Shown: one piece after another, positions 24,001 to 36,000 of the stretch
How positions within the stretch are numbered: the first letter of the stretch is position 1
Layout of the letters: every line of letters starts with the position of its first letter
Made by a program: the position numbers and the translations under genes
The notes under the pieces: model-generated
What the model saw: only the letters and a program-made list of their open reading frames with translations
Told to the model about the DNA's origin: nothing
The model's database searches: none
Assembly: GCF_036365525.1 (NCBI RefSeq)
Contig: NC_090374.1
Coordinates: forward strand, 15,169,168 to 15,233,167
Reading direction: 5' to 3'
DNA: 64,000 nt
Source: Heterodontus francisci
Lineage: Eukaryota

Positions 24001-27000
24001 ATTTATATAGCACCTATAACAGAGTAAAATGTTCCAAGGCACTTTACAGGAGTGTTATCAAACAAAATTTGACAAGGGGATATTAGGACAGATTTGGTCA
24101 AAGAGGTAGGTTTTAAGGAATGACTTCAAGAAGAGGGAGGGAGAGAGGCGGACAGAGGCAGAGAGGTTTAGGGAGGGGATTCCGGAGCTTAGGACCCAGG
24201 CAGCTGAAGGCACGGCCGCCAATGGTACAGAAATTAAAATCAGGGATGTGCAAAGGGTCAGAATTGGAGGAGCACAGATATCTGTATTGTTGAAAATTGA
24301 TATATCCTTTGCTGCTTCATTAAAATTAGTAGACAGGAATAAAAAGCAATCAAAAAGGCTATTTTGAAAATAGAGACATGTTGTCGAAGCTTTTCGTCTT
24401 GCACTCATCAGAACAATCCTCAAGAATACCAACGTATGGGAAAACAACAACATTATACAGAATGAGAAGAGAGTGATGATTGGTTGACAAGTGAATTCTG
24501 GTCGAGGCATTGCCAGGGAGAATGCACACTTTACGATGACTGATGGTTAACTGTCAAGCTTTGTTTGAAATTTAAACCAGGCAGCTTGACTCTGATTGGT
24601 CAAAGCATCGCCCTGAGGAATGAACCAGCGAATGGCTGTCACTTATTTTGTTTAGCTGAAACAGGCGCAATGTTTGTCAACGTTCTTTCTGTCTACAAAG
24701 AACATGGCCTTGTGCATTAATATATAGCTTCCAGTACGCGCAAATGTGCCACACTGCAAGCCCTACTGACAATCTTAAATTGGTTGTCAACGTAATTCTT
24801 AGCACATTGCGGATTATTTAGCAAACGTTGTCCAATTGCGGAATCACATCGAATGTTGGATATTGTGCTTTGAGTTTTGCAAGCACGGGGCTGGTTGGGT
24901 GCAGCCTGTACCTTGCCTGTTGCGAACAGTGGCAGGGACGTGTTGTTTGATATGATCCGCCAGTCTTTGGGACATACGGCCTATATACCTAGCATCACAT
25001 TGGCATTGAAATTCATATATCACATTACTCATTTGTGTGATAGGCAGGGCATCTTTTTAGCTTGACAGCAGCATCCTGTCAGTGGCGAACACCACACATG
25101 TTGCTACCGTATAGCAGCAGCGTGAAACAGCTAGCTTTACCTGTTGCGTAAATTTTTGGGCTAGATTACCCTTCCAGGGTAATTTGAGGTAGACTGGGCA
25201 CTTTTCAGGGCTGAAAATGAGGGCCTTCGGCCCGTTCATAAGTTTATGTGATATACAGCACAAAATGATTTGATCAGGGTAGCCATCATCACCCAGGATG
25301 TCTTTGATTTGTTCTGTTTCAGCATCAAGCATTCAGCATCTCCATGGTAACACCTCGACCAATCAGAGTTCACTTGCCAATTGATCAGCACTCTCTAAAA
25401 CAGTATAAAGTTGTTGCTTTCCCTTACATTGGTTATTCTTGCGGATTGTCCTGATGAGTGCAAGATGAAAAGCTTCGACAACATGTCTCTTTTCAGCAAT
25501 ACTCGATTTCTGTGCTACTAAACAACTAATTCCAAAAGGAGTGCTGGGCTATTTAGGCGTCAAATCAGGAAGTGCTTCTTCACACAAAGAGCAGTGGAAA
25601 TCTGGAAATCTCTCCCCAAAAAGACTGTGGACACTGGTGTCAGTCTGATATCGAAAGACATCTGTTCAATAAGGGTATTGAGAGGTATGGAGTTAAGGTC
25701 CTGAAATTTCTCCTGAATTCCCAGCTGTATTTATTAGAGACTGTCTTATATTTATAGCCCCTAGTTCTGATCTCCCCCAGAAATGGAAACTTTTTATATC
25801 TACCTTATCAAATCCTTTGACAATCTTAAAAACCTCTATTGGGTCACCCCTCAGTCTTCGTTCAGCCTGTTCAATCTTTCCTGATGTGTACAACCTCTCA
25901 GTGCTGGTATCATTCTGGTAAAACTTTTCTGAACTTTCTCCAGTGCCTCATTATCCATTTTATAATTATGGAGACCAGAACTGTGCACAGTAACTCCAAG
26001 TGTGGTTTAACCAAGGTTTTATATAAGTTCAACATAACCTCAGACAAAAACAAATTAATGCGGATGCTAGAAATCGGAAATAAAAACAAAAATTGCTGGA
26101 AATACACAGCAGATCTGGCAGCATCTGTGGAGAGTGAAACAGTGGCCAGAGCTTTCACAGACCTGACATTTTAACGTTGGGCGGGATTTTGCCAGTCAAA
26201 ACAGGCAAGGCTGGAGGTGGCTGGAACTGTCAGCAGCAGGATTATAGTGCGGAGGAACTGGGTGCAGTGCTGCAAGAGGTTTAATGACCTTTTTCATTCT
26301 GGCAAGGTGAGTGCAAAGTGAGGCCCTGATAACAGGCCTTGGGGGTCTTCATGCTCCAGCAGACACAACAGTTGAGCAGCCTGAGGGCGGTGCTCCTGAA
26401 CATGGGAGAAATGTGTGCCCAGCGGGATTACTTACTCAAAGCCCCTGTTGAGGACCTGGCAGCACTGATACAAGCAGCTTCTTCTGTAAATAGCATCAAT
26501 CAGAGAGGCCAGCAGTGCCTTAGCTCGCTCCCTTTTGTCATTCCACAAAAGGGTGCATAATACACACAAGAGGAGAATGGAAATCGCCAGGGTGTCCCCA
26601 CAGCACCAAATGGGGAGACAGTGGCATAGTGCTAATGTCACTGAACTAGTAATTCAGAGGCCCAGGCTAATTTCCTGAGTGCACAGGTTCAAATCCCACC
26701 ACAGCAACTGGTGGAATTTAAATCAAATTCATTTAGTTCAATTAATTAATTAGAAAAAAATCTGGAATTGAACTCTAGTCTCTGTTATGGTGCTATGAAA
26801 CTACCATCAATTGTCGTAAAAATCCATCTGGTTCACTAATGTCCTTTAGGGAAGGAAATCTGCTGTCCTTACCTGGTCTGGCCTACACGTGACTCCAGAC
26901 GCACAGCAATGTGGTTGACTCTTAATTTCCCTCTGAAATGGTCGAGCAAGCCACTCAGTTGTCAAGGGCAATTAGGGATGGGCAATAAATGCTGGCCTTG

Positions 27001-30000
27001 CCAGTGATGTCCACATCCCATGAAGGAATATAAAATAAAAAGTAGGCAGTGGAGAGATAGGAATAGCTGGGGGAGAGAGTGAGATCTATCGATAAAGGGG
27101 ATGGGGTCCACTCCTCCCCGTCTAACAGCACGCCCAAGACTCAGCTGCACTGGGAAGCTTCAGCACTGCACAGGCATCTGATGTCACAGAAGAGTTCTCA
27201 TGATCTCCTTCTAATGTCTCCCACAGGGTCAGTCATGGAGGGAGAGGGTGAAAGTACAGCAGCATCACTAGGGGTCTCTCAAACATCCGAAACAGCAGAC
27301 CTAGCACCGTCACATCATTTAAACACACTGTCCACCGGTGCAGATACACTCACAATGGTGGGCCTTTTGTGCAATTAGATTGGGTGGCACTAGGTGAAGA
27401 ATATGGCACTAGTGTGCAGGAGGAAGTGACAGAGGCAGAGGCAGCTGTGGGAAGCCCCTCTTGGAGGACGGAGGACAGAAACAGCCATGTTCAGCTGGGC
27501 GCAGATGCACAGCCCCAGGAGTCACAAGAAAGGAGGCCCTACTTTGACCAGCAGTGAGAGATGTCATAGAGTCATAGACTTATACAGCACAGAAACAGGC
27601 CCTTCGGCCCATCGCATCTGCACCGACCATCACACCCATCCAATCTACTCCCACTTTCCCGCACTTCGAGTCATAGACTTATACAGCACAGAAACAGGCC
27701 AAATGTGTGCACTTATGTTGGAGTTCCCTGAGGCAATGCAGGATCATGGGCTGAGAATGGAGGAGTCCAGTCAGTTCATGCACACCACCATGGCTCAGGG
27801 GATTGAATGCAATGAGCTGCTCCATTGAGAGAGTGGCTAACCACATGGAGAGTTAAATGCGGCAGCACTAGGATTGGATGCAGGAACAGTGCACTGACAT
27901 GCACAGAATGCACGCTCTGTAGCATGGACTGGTCAGTGGTGCTGATGGCGAAGAGATGCACGGAGCGGACTGGCTGGATTGCTGCGCAGAGAGCCAGCAT
28001 GGACTCGATGAGCTGAATGGCCTCCTTCTGTGCCGTAAATGACTATAGCTATAACTGTGCCAGTTACACCCCGGCTGGTGGTCCCCTCCAGTCATCCAGA
28101 GTGTCATCCGAAGCCTGAGGCAGTCACCGATGAAGCTGTGGGAACCTCCCATCAAGGGGCACCGCCATCAACATCATCGACCTCCTTGGCCCCTCTGACT
28201 AAGGAGCCATGTATCCAGCATGGCCCAGTGATGGAGACCGCCCCTGCATTGATGCTGGTACAATAGCTTCTGGAGGATCTCCTACTGGCATCTCCACAAC
28301 AAGGATGACCACTATGGGCATCTCAGCCACATGTAGACACACGCAAGCAGGCTGCCTCCACTCATCCGAGGTCACAATGGGCGCTCCGCATAGAAGTGGC
28401 CAAGACCGAAGGCTACTGCGTTCATCAGAGCACTGAGTGGTTCACTTGGGGTTTTTTCACTTGTTAATGTGCACTTTTTAACTTTTTGCTAACACTGTAA
28501 ATGTTGACACATGTGAGCTTCCATTCTTTAATGGTAAAAACTGGAAAAGAGGGATAAGCTGGTGAAGGGAAGCAATGGTATTTGAACAAGAACAGTGAGA
28601 CTGCTGGAGAGATGAGCACCATGCATTGGCAGTACAAGTGGATCTAATCAATAGAACTGCTCTCACAGGCAGATCAAAGTGAGTTCCAGAGCATCCAGTC
28701 CTCTTGGGTGAGAAGCGCTCAGATGCCAGATGTTCCCCGAAGTTGACACTATCCCGATGGGAGCTTTGACTCCTGAGCCAACCCCGCCACCTCTGTTCTG
28801 CATCTTCCTCTTCCTCGTCCTCCTCCGAGGAGCTGTGTTGTTTTCACGCCTCACCCTCTTCAAGGTCCAGGTCTCTCTGGAGAGCCATGTTATGGAGAAT
28901 ACAGTAGACGATCACAATGCGCAAGACCCTTGCAGAAGTGTACTGCAGGGCACCACCCGACTGGTCCAGGCATCGGAACTGCATCTTCAGAAGCCTGATG
29001 GTCTGCTCGATGGTGGTCCTAGTGAGCAGATGGCTTCACCTGTGATGCCTCTGTGGCTCCGTCTTGGGGTGACATAAAGGGGTGAGTAGCCATCTCTTCA
29101 AGGTATATCCCTTGTTATGGCCAGGTGAGAAAGAGGTCTAGGGTTCCCTTTCAGCCTTTACCTGGTCTTACTGTAACAGGGTTTAATTTTAAACACACCG
29201 TGTTTTTAGCTCCCTCTTGGTGAATCCTTGTTCACCGCTTTCCAATTATAAGGCAAAGAAACCAGCACAAACAGGCTTTCTTCGGTTTAAAGAAGAAAAG
29301 TTGAAATTTATTGAACTTGAGCTTAAACTCTAATTCGGTTAATGCCTACGGATACATGACGCGCCCACGCGAGCATGCATACGCGATACACACATGCAGA
29401 TAGAGACAGAAAAGAGCAGAAGGAAAAATACGTGGAAATGTTTGAGGCAATATCTGAAGAGTTTTTGTTACAGTTCTTCAAACTCGCTGTAGAGTCCTTG
29501 ATTGTAGGTAGATCCTGCTTTTTGTTGGGGCCCAGTATTCTTCTAAAACCTTGTTCACTGTGGGAGACTTTTCTCTCTTAGAGTTCATGTATCTTCAGTG
29601 GATTCAGAGGCTTGTGAGAAAGAGATGGGAGCAGACAGGAGAGATCGGCTCAGTCCAGGAGCAAACAGTGTTTCTAAGTTCAAACTGTTTGTACAATTCA
29701 GAAAAACCCAGGTTGCCAAGCAGGTTAATCATGTTACTAATTGGTCTGCCACGTCTTGGCTCTGTGGATTATATCATCTTAGCATGGTCTGGAATGCACT
29801 TCCCTGCCTTCAGTGTCTGGTGCTCAAAGTCCATTGTGGGTTAGATGGATAATGGGAGTAACCTCTCTTGTCCCTATTGGTATGTAAAAGTCTTCCAGTC
29901 AAGTGTCTGGCAGCCCTTGTAACAGGCCTCCTTTTCTTCACAGCAACAAGTTGAAATATAATGTCCTTGTGGCAAAATTATTATACCTCATTCTTGGCAG

Positions 30001-33000
30001 GTGGTGGTCTAGCATGACACTCTCGTCGGCTAGAATGCAGCCACGTTGTTCAGGGGATAGAATAAAGAACTGCAGCAACCTGGACTCCCGGAGGATAAAG
30101 GAGTTCTGGCATCGGCCAGGAAAGTGAATGCACACATGTCGGAGGCTTGTTGTGGTCGCAGACCAGCTGAATGTGCAGCGACTGGTACCCATTCCTGTTG
30201 ATGAATTTCCCTGGCCAATCGCTTGGCACATTGATGGCCACAAGGGTGGAATCAATGATGCCCTGCATCATTTGGGGAATCCAGCAATGGAGGCGAATCC
30301 CACTGGCCTTTGTGCCTGCAAGGCCTCATCTATTTGAAATTGTATGTACTGCCCAGGTCTCACAAATAGGGCAGCAGTGACCTGCTAGCTGCAATGGGTT
30401 GCATCTTGTGAGAGGCCGCTTGTGAGAGGCCACTAAAGTCCATTGCTAATCCTTGGAAGGAGCCAAAGGCGAGGTAATTCAAGGCCACAATGACTTTGGA
30501 AGCGACTGTCGGGCATGGAGAACAGTACTGCAAGGTGTGAGGTCTTCCTCAACGAGGGCACAAATCTCAGTGTTCATCTGCTTAGAGAGGCGCAGTCTCC
30601 TGGGGCCTTATGGCTGGAGCTCTATCTCTGTTCCTGAGGATGTCGATCCTCATTGCCACTCGACCCAATATCTGAGTACCTTAATCCCATGTCTACCTGT
30701 TGCCTTGCTCACGCTCAGCTGCACTCACCCACCCTCCTCTGATGACCCCATGATCCCTGGAGGGTCATGACCTTTTCCGCTGCCCAAGTGTGCTCAGACC
30801 ACTCGCTGTGCAACCTCTGCTCACCCGATGGCACCTGTGTGCCAGTGACTGAGTGACCCTCTTAGCCATGCACCCTTTTATTGGCCCAACTAATTGCATG
30901 GAGTGGCCATGACTGGCTCCTCATGACTGTGTGCTGCCTCATAGGAACATAAGAGCATAAGAAATAGGAGCAGGAGTAGGCCATTCAGCCCCTCAAGCCT
31001 GCTCTACCATTCAACTAGATCATGGCTGATCATCTACCTCAACATTACTTTCCTGCACTGTCCCCATGTCCCTTGATATATTTAACATCTAGAAATATAA
31101 TGATTTCTGTCTTGAAAAATAGGCTCAACATTTGAGCCTCCACAGCCCTCTGAGGTAGAGAATTCCACAGATTCACCACCCTCTGAGTGAAGAAATTCCT
31201 CCTCTTCTCAGTCCTAAATGTCCTATCTCTTATTCTGAGATTGTGTCTCCTGGTTCCAGGCCCCCAGCCAGAGGAAAAATCCTTCCTTCATCCACCCTGT
31301 CGAGCCCTGTAAGAATTTTGTAAGTTTCAATGAGATCACCTCTCATTCTTCTAAACTCTAGAGAATACAGGCCCAGTATCCTCAATCTCTCCTCATGGGA
31401 CAAACCCACCATCCCACGGAATAGTCTGGAGAACCTTCATTGCCCTCCCTCTATGGCAAGTATAGATAAGGAGATCAAAACAGTACACAATGCTCCAGGT
31501 GTGATCTCACCAAGGCTCTATACAATTGCAGCAAGACACCTTTAGTCCTGTACTCAAATCCTCTTGCAGTAAAGGCCATACCATTTCCCTTCCTAATTGC
31601 TTGCTGTACCGTATGTTAGCTTTCAGTGACTCATGAACAAGGACACCCAGGTCCTGAACAAGGACACCCAGGTCCTGAACAAGGACACCCAGGTCCTGAA
31701 CAAGGATACCCAGGCCTCTAAGCACATGGACTGTTGCTGATACAGCATTCAACCCGTGTGTCCCCACCAACGTTCCAAACTGGCTCTTGACAAGATGGCA
31801 ATAAGTTCATCAACAAGATTACTTGGCCACGTCTCCAAATTGGGCAGGTTGCCGGGGCCTGCCCTGAGGAAAGTGGCTGGCTGGTATGCCATCCGGCGGT
31901 GCCAATTTTCATGTCCGCCCATCTCCGCATGAGCCCCCATCAGGGCTGAAAAATCCTGCTCTCTGTTTCTCTCTCCACAGATGGTGCTAGACCTGCTGAG
32001 TATTTCCAGCAATTTCTATTTTTATTTAACATAACCTCTCTGCTTTTCTATTCTATCCCTCTAGAAACGAACCCCATTTCTTCGATAGTTTTTTAAAAAT
32101 AGTCTTACTAACCTGTGTTGCTACTTTTAGTGATCTGTGTCCCTTTACCCCTAGACCTTGCTGTTCCTTTATCCCATTTAGATGCTTATTTTCCAAGGAC
32201 GATGTGGCCTCAATAATCCTCCTACCAAAATGCACAACCTCACACTTATTTATGTTGAAGTTCGTTTGTCATTTGCACCCATTCTGCAAGTTTATTAATG
32301 CTTCGTTGTATTTTGCCGCAGTTCTCCTCTGTGTTAACTACACCTTCCAATTTGTCCACAAATTTTGAAATTGTAGTTCCAATTCCTACGTCCAAATTAA
32401 TTATGTAAACTGTGAATAAGAGTGGTCCCATCCGCAGTCCTTAACCACTGCGCTCTATTTTCTGTTTTGAAGTGGATTTACCTGTCTCTGCTTGCTGTAA
32501 TTTTGTAAAATTCACAACACTGTAAACAGGATTACTTTCAGCTCCCGGTGGATCTATCAAAGACAAAAATGGAAGAAAATATGGATTTTTTAAAATGGAG
32601 AAACACAGGTGAAATGACGACAATACTATCAAGGATGAAATAGTTGCAGAGAGAAGGAGGTAAATCACAAACTAATGATTGGGGATGCCAAACATGGCTT
32701 TTAAAAACCTTTAGCTTTTGAGTTTTAGCTGTGGCTCAGTGGATAGTGCTCTCACCGTCATGTCTGAAGATCATGGATTCAAATTCCATTCCAGATATTT
32801 GAGCACATAATCCAGACTGACACCCCTAAGTGCAATACTGAGGGAGTGCCGCCTTGTCAGAGGTGCCGTCCTTCAGATGAGACAAACTGAGGCTCCATCT
32901 GGTCTCTCAGTTAACAATCCCATGGCCACTTCTTTGAAGAAGAGCAGGGGTGTCCTCCCGGGTGCCCTGGCTAACATATATTTCTCAAACCTAAATTAGA

Positions 33001-36000
33001 TTTAGCAGGTCATTATCCCATTGCTGTTTGTGGGAGCTTGCTGTGCACAAAATTGGCTGCCGTGTTTCCTGCATTCCAACAGTGACTGCGTTTCGAAAGC
33101 ACTTTGGGACTTCCTGAGGTGGTGATAGTAGCTATATAAATGCAAGTTCTTTCTTTAAAAGCTGGTAGATTGTCGGATGGGACGACTCAGGTAAATAATA
33201 TGTTTCATGTTTTTGTTGCCTGGGTAAATAAGCAGATTGATTCCCAGTCCTGTTTTAGACTGGGAGCAGGGCAGTAGGAGCAATCCAAATTGAACTACAG
33301 AATACACCATTCCATCATTCCGTCCACTGCCATTTAGATTGGGGTCTTCAGGTGGGCTTTAAGGCTTGTGCCTGAAGCAGGTGGGAACCTTTAGAATCAT
33401 AGAATGGTGACAGCATCAAAGGAGGCCATTTGCCTCATCCTGTCCGTAATGGTTTTCTGCAAGAGCAATTTAGCTAGTCCCATTCCATCACCCTTGTCCT
33501 GTCGTCCAGCAATATTTTTTCTCTTCAGGTGCTTATCCAATTTCCTTTTGAAAGCCACAATTGAATCTGCCTTCACCACACTGTGTATTCCAGATCCTGA
33601 CTACTTGCTGCGTAAAAATAGATTTTCCTCAAATTGTTTTTGGTTCTCTGAACAATCAGTGCCCTCTGGTTCTTGACCTTCCACCAATGGGAACAGTTTC
33701 TCTCTATCTACGCTGTTCAGACCCCTCATTTTTTTAACACTATCAAATCTCCTCTCAACCTTTCCTTCTCCAGACTTTCCACATAACTGAAGCCCCTCAT
33801 CCCTGGGACCATTCTTGCAAATCTTTTCTGCACCCTCTCTAAAGTGCAGTGCCCAGAATTGGACACAATACTGTAGTTGAAGCCGGACTAGTGTTTGATA
33901 AAGGCTCATCATGCCCTCTCTGCTTTTGTACTCTATGCCTCTATTTATCAAGCCCAGGATACTGTATGTTTTATAAACCACTTTCTCAACCTGCCCTTCC
34001 ACCTTCAATGATTTGTGCACATACACACCCAGGTCCCTCTGCTCCTGCACCCCCTTTAGAATTGTATCTATTATTTTATATTGCCATTCTTCATTCTTCC
34101 TATCAAAATGAATCACTTCACACTTCTCTGCATTAAATTTCATCTGCCACGTGTCTGCCTATTTCACTCGCCTGTCTATGTCCTCTTGAAGTCTATCACT
34201 ATCCTCCTCACAGCTCACAATAGTTCCAGGTTTTGTGTCATCTGCAAATGTTGAAATTGTGCCCTGTACACCCATTATAGAACCTGTTGAGACTGAGGTC
34301 GAAAGAGTTTTGTTAGGTGACAGTACCGATGGATAAGGAGCTAAGGTAGGAAAATGGAGTTGAGGTACAGATCAGCCATGATTGTGATCGAATGGTTTGA
34401 GGGGCTGAATGGCCTCCTCCAGTTCCTATGTGGTTGGGGGGGTGGGGTTATTATAACTTGCAATGTAGTAGATATTGTGACACAGTGACCCAGTCTGACT
34501 TCCTTTACCATTTCCAACCTGTACCCACATCTTGCTTGCCATTTCAACACTCCCCCCTGCTCTCATGCTCACATCCCTACCCTGGGATTGCTGCAGTGTT
34601 CCAGTGAACATCAACGCAAGCTCGAGGAACAGCATCTCATTTTCCGATTAGGCACACTACAGCCTGCTGGACTGAACATTGAGTTCAATAATTTCAGGGA
34701 AGACGGGCCCCCCCATTTTACTTTTATTTAGTTATTTTTTATTTTTTACATTTTTTACAAAATTTTTTTTTCTTTTGTTAATTTCATTTCATTGTAGGTT
34801 GTTCAGTTTGCTTACCCACTGTTTTTTTTTCATGTTTGTACTTGCTGCTGTTCAATCCTCAGTTCGTTAACACCCTATCTGTACTAATGCTTTGTCTTTC
34901 AACACACCATTTACATATTGTTTGCCTTTGCTCCATGACCTTTTGCTCAGCTATGTGGCCTTGTCCAATCTACACCTTCTCCTTTGTTATCTCTTGCCCC
35001 ACCCCCGCCTCACTTGCTTATAACCTTTGACATTTTTAATATTTGTCAGTTCCGAAGAAGGGTCACTGACCCGAAATGTTAACTCTGCTTCTCTTTCCAC
35101 AGATGCTGCCAGACCTGCTGAGTGGCTCCAGCATTTCTTGTTTTTATTTCAGATTTCCAGCATCCGCAGTATTTTGCTTTTATATTACTGTACCCACATC
35201 TCTTGCTCTGAGTAAATCCAGACTGACTGAATTCCCACTGGAAGTGATTTCCTGCTTAATGACCCCTCCTGCCCTCCCCACAACAGCTCTTAATATTATT
35301 ACTGTAGTCAGGGAAGGATGGACTTTGTGTAAATCCCAAGAGGCGGAGGAAATGTCTGGAAAATCAATCGTAATGGGGCAGATGATGTGACCTATTTTTG
35401 AAGAGGGGTTTTAGGCAAGATAATGTGGATATTGGAAATCTGAAATAAAAGCAGAAAGTAGCAGGGTAGATAGGGTGGATAGTGAGAGTCTTTTTCCTCG
35501 GATGGTGATGGCAAACACGAGGGGACATAGCTTTAAGTTGAGGGGTGATAGATATAGGACAGATGTTAGAGGTAGTTTCTTTACGCAGAGAGTAGTAGGG
35601 GCGTGGAACGCCCTGCCTGCAACAGTAGTAGACTCGCCAACTTTAAGGGCATTTAAGTGGTCATTGGATAGACATATGGATGAAAATGGAATAGTGTAGG
35701 TCAGATGGTTTCACAGGTCGGCGCAACATCGAGGGCCGAAGGGCCTGTACTGCGCTGTAATGTTCTAAAAAAAAAGTGCTGGAAATACTCAGCAGGTCTG
35801 GTATCATCTGTGGAGAGAGAAATAGAGTTAACGTTTCAGGTCGATGAGATTTTGTTAGAACTGGGAAAAGTTAGAGATAGGATAGGTTTTAAGCAAGCTT
35901 GGGTTTCCTCCGGGTGCTCAGGTTTCCTCCCACAGCCAAAGACTTGCAGGGTGATAGGTAAATTGGCCATTGTAAATTGCCCCTAGTGTAGGTAGGAGAA

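Larger units (their letters stand above)
24370..25502 (-). mobile_element. Penelope-like element (GIY-YIG) with inverted terminal pseudo-LTR
   Basis: NVIYEFQC.C...YIG..SQRL; 24370-24530 is the inverted copy of 25340-25500. Confidence 0.88.
26179..31961. mobile_element. Decayed PIF/Harbinger transposon with convergent Myb/SANT and transposase remnants
   Basis: Plus strand LEVA..RRNWVQCCKRFNDL at 26202-26306 with gtgagt donor. Minus strand GIIDST..FINRNGYQSLHIQLVCDH..ADEGYTLKRWLLTP at ~28700-30770. Weak TIRs gggcgggatttt / aaaatcctgctc. Confidence 0.78.
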
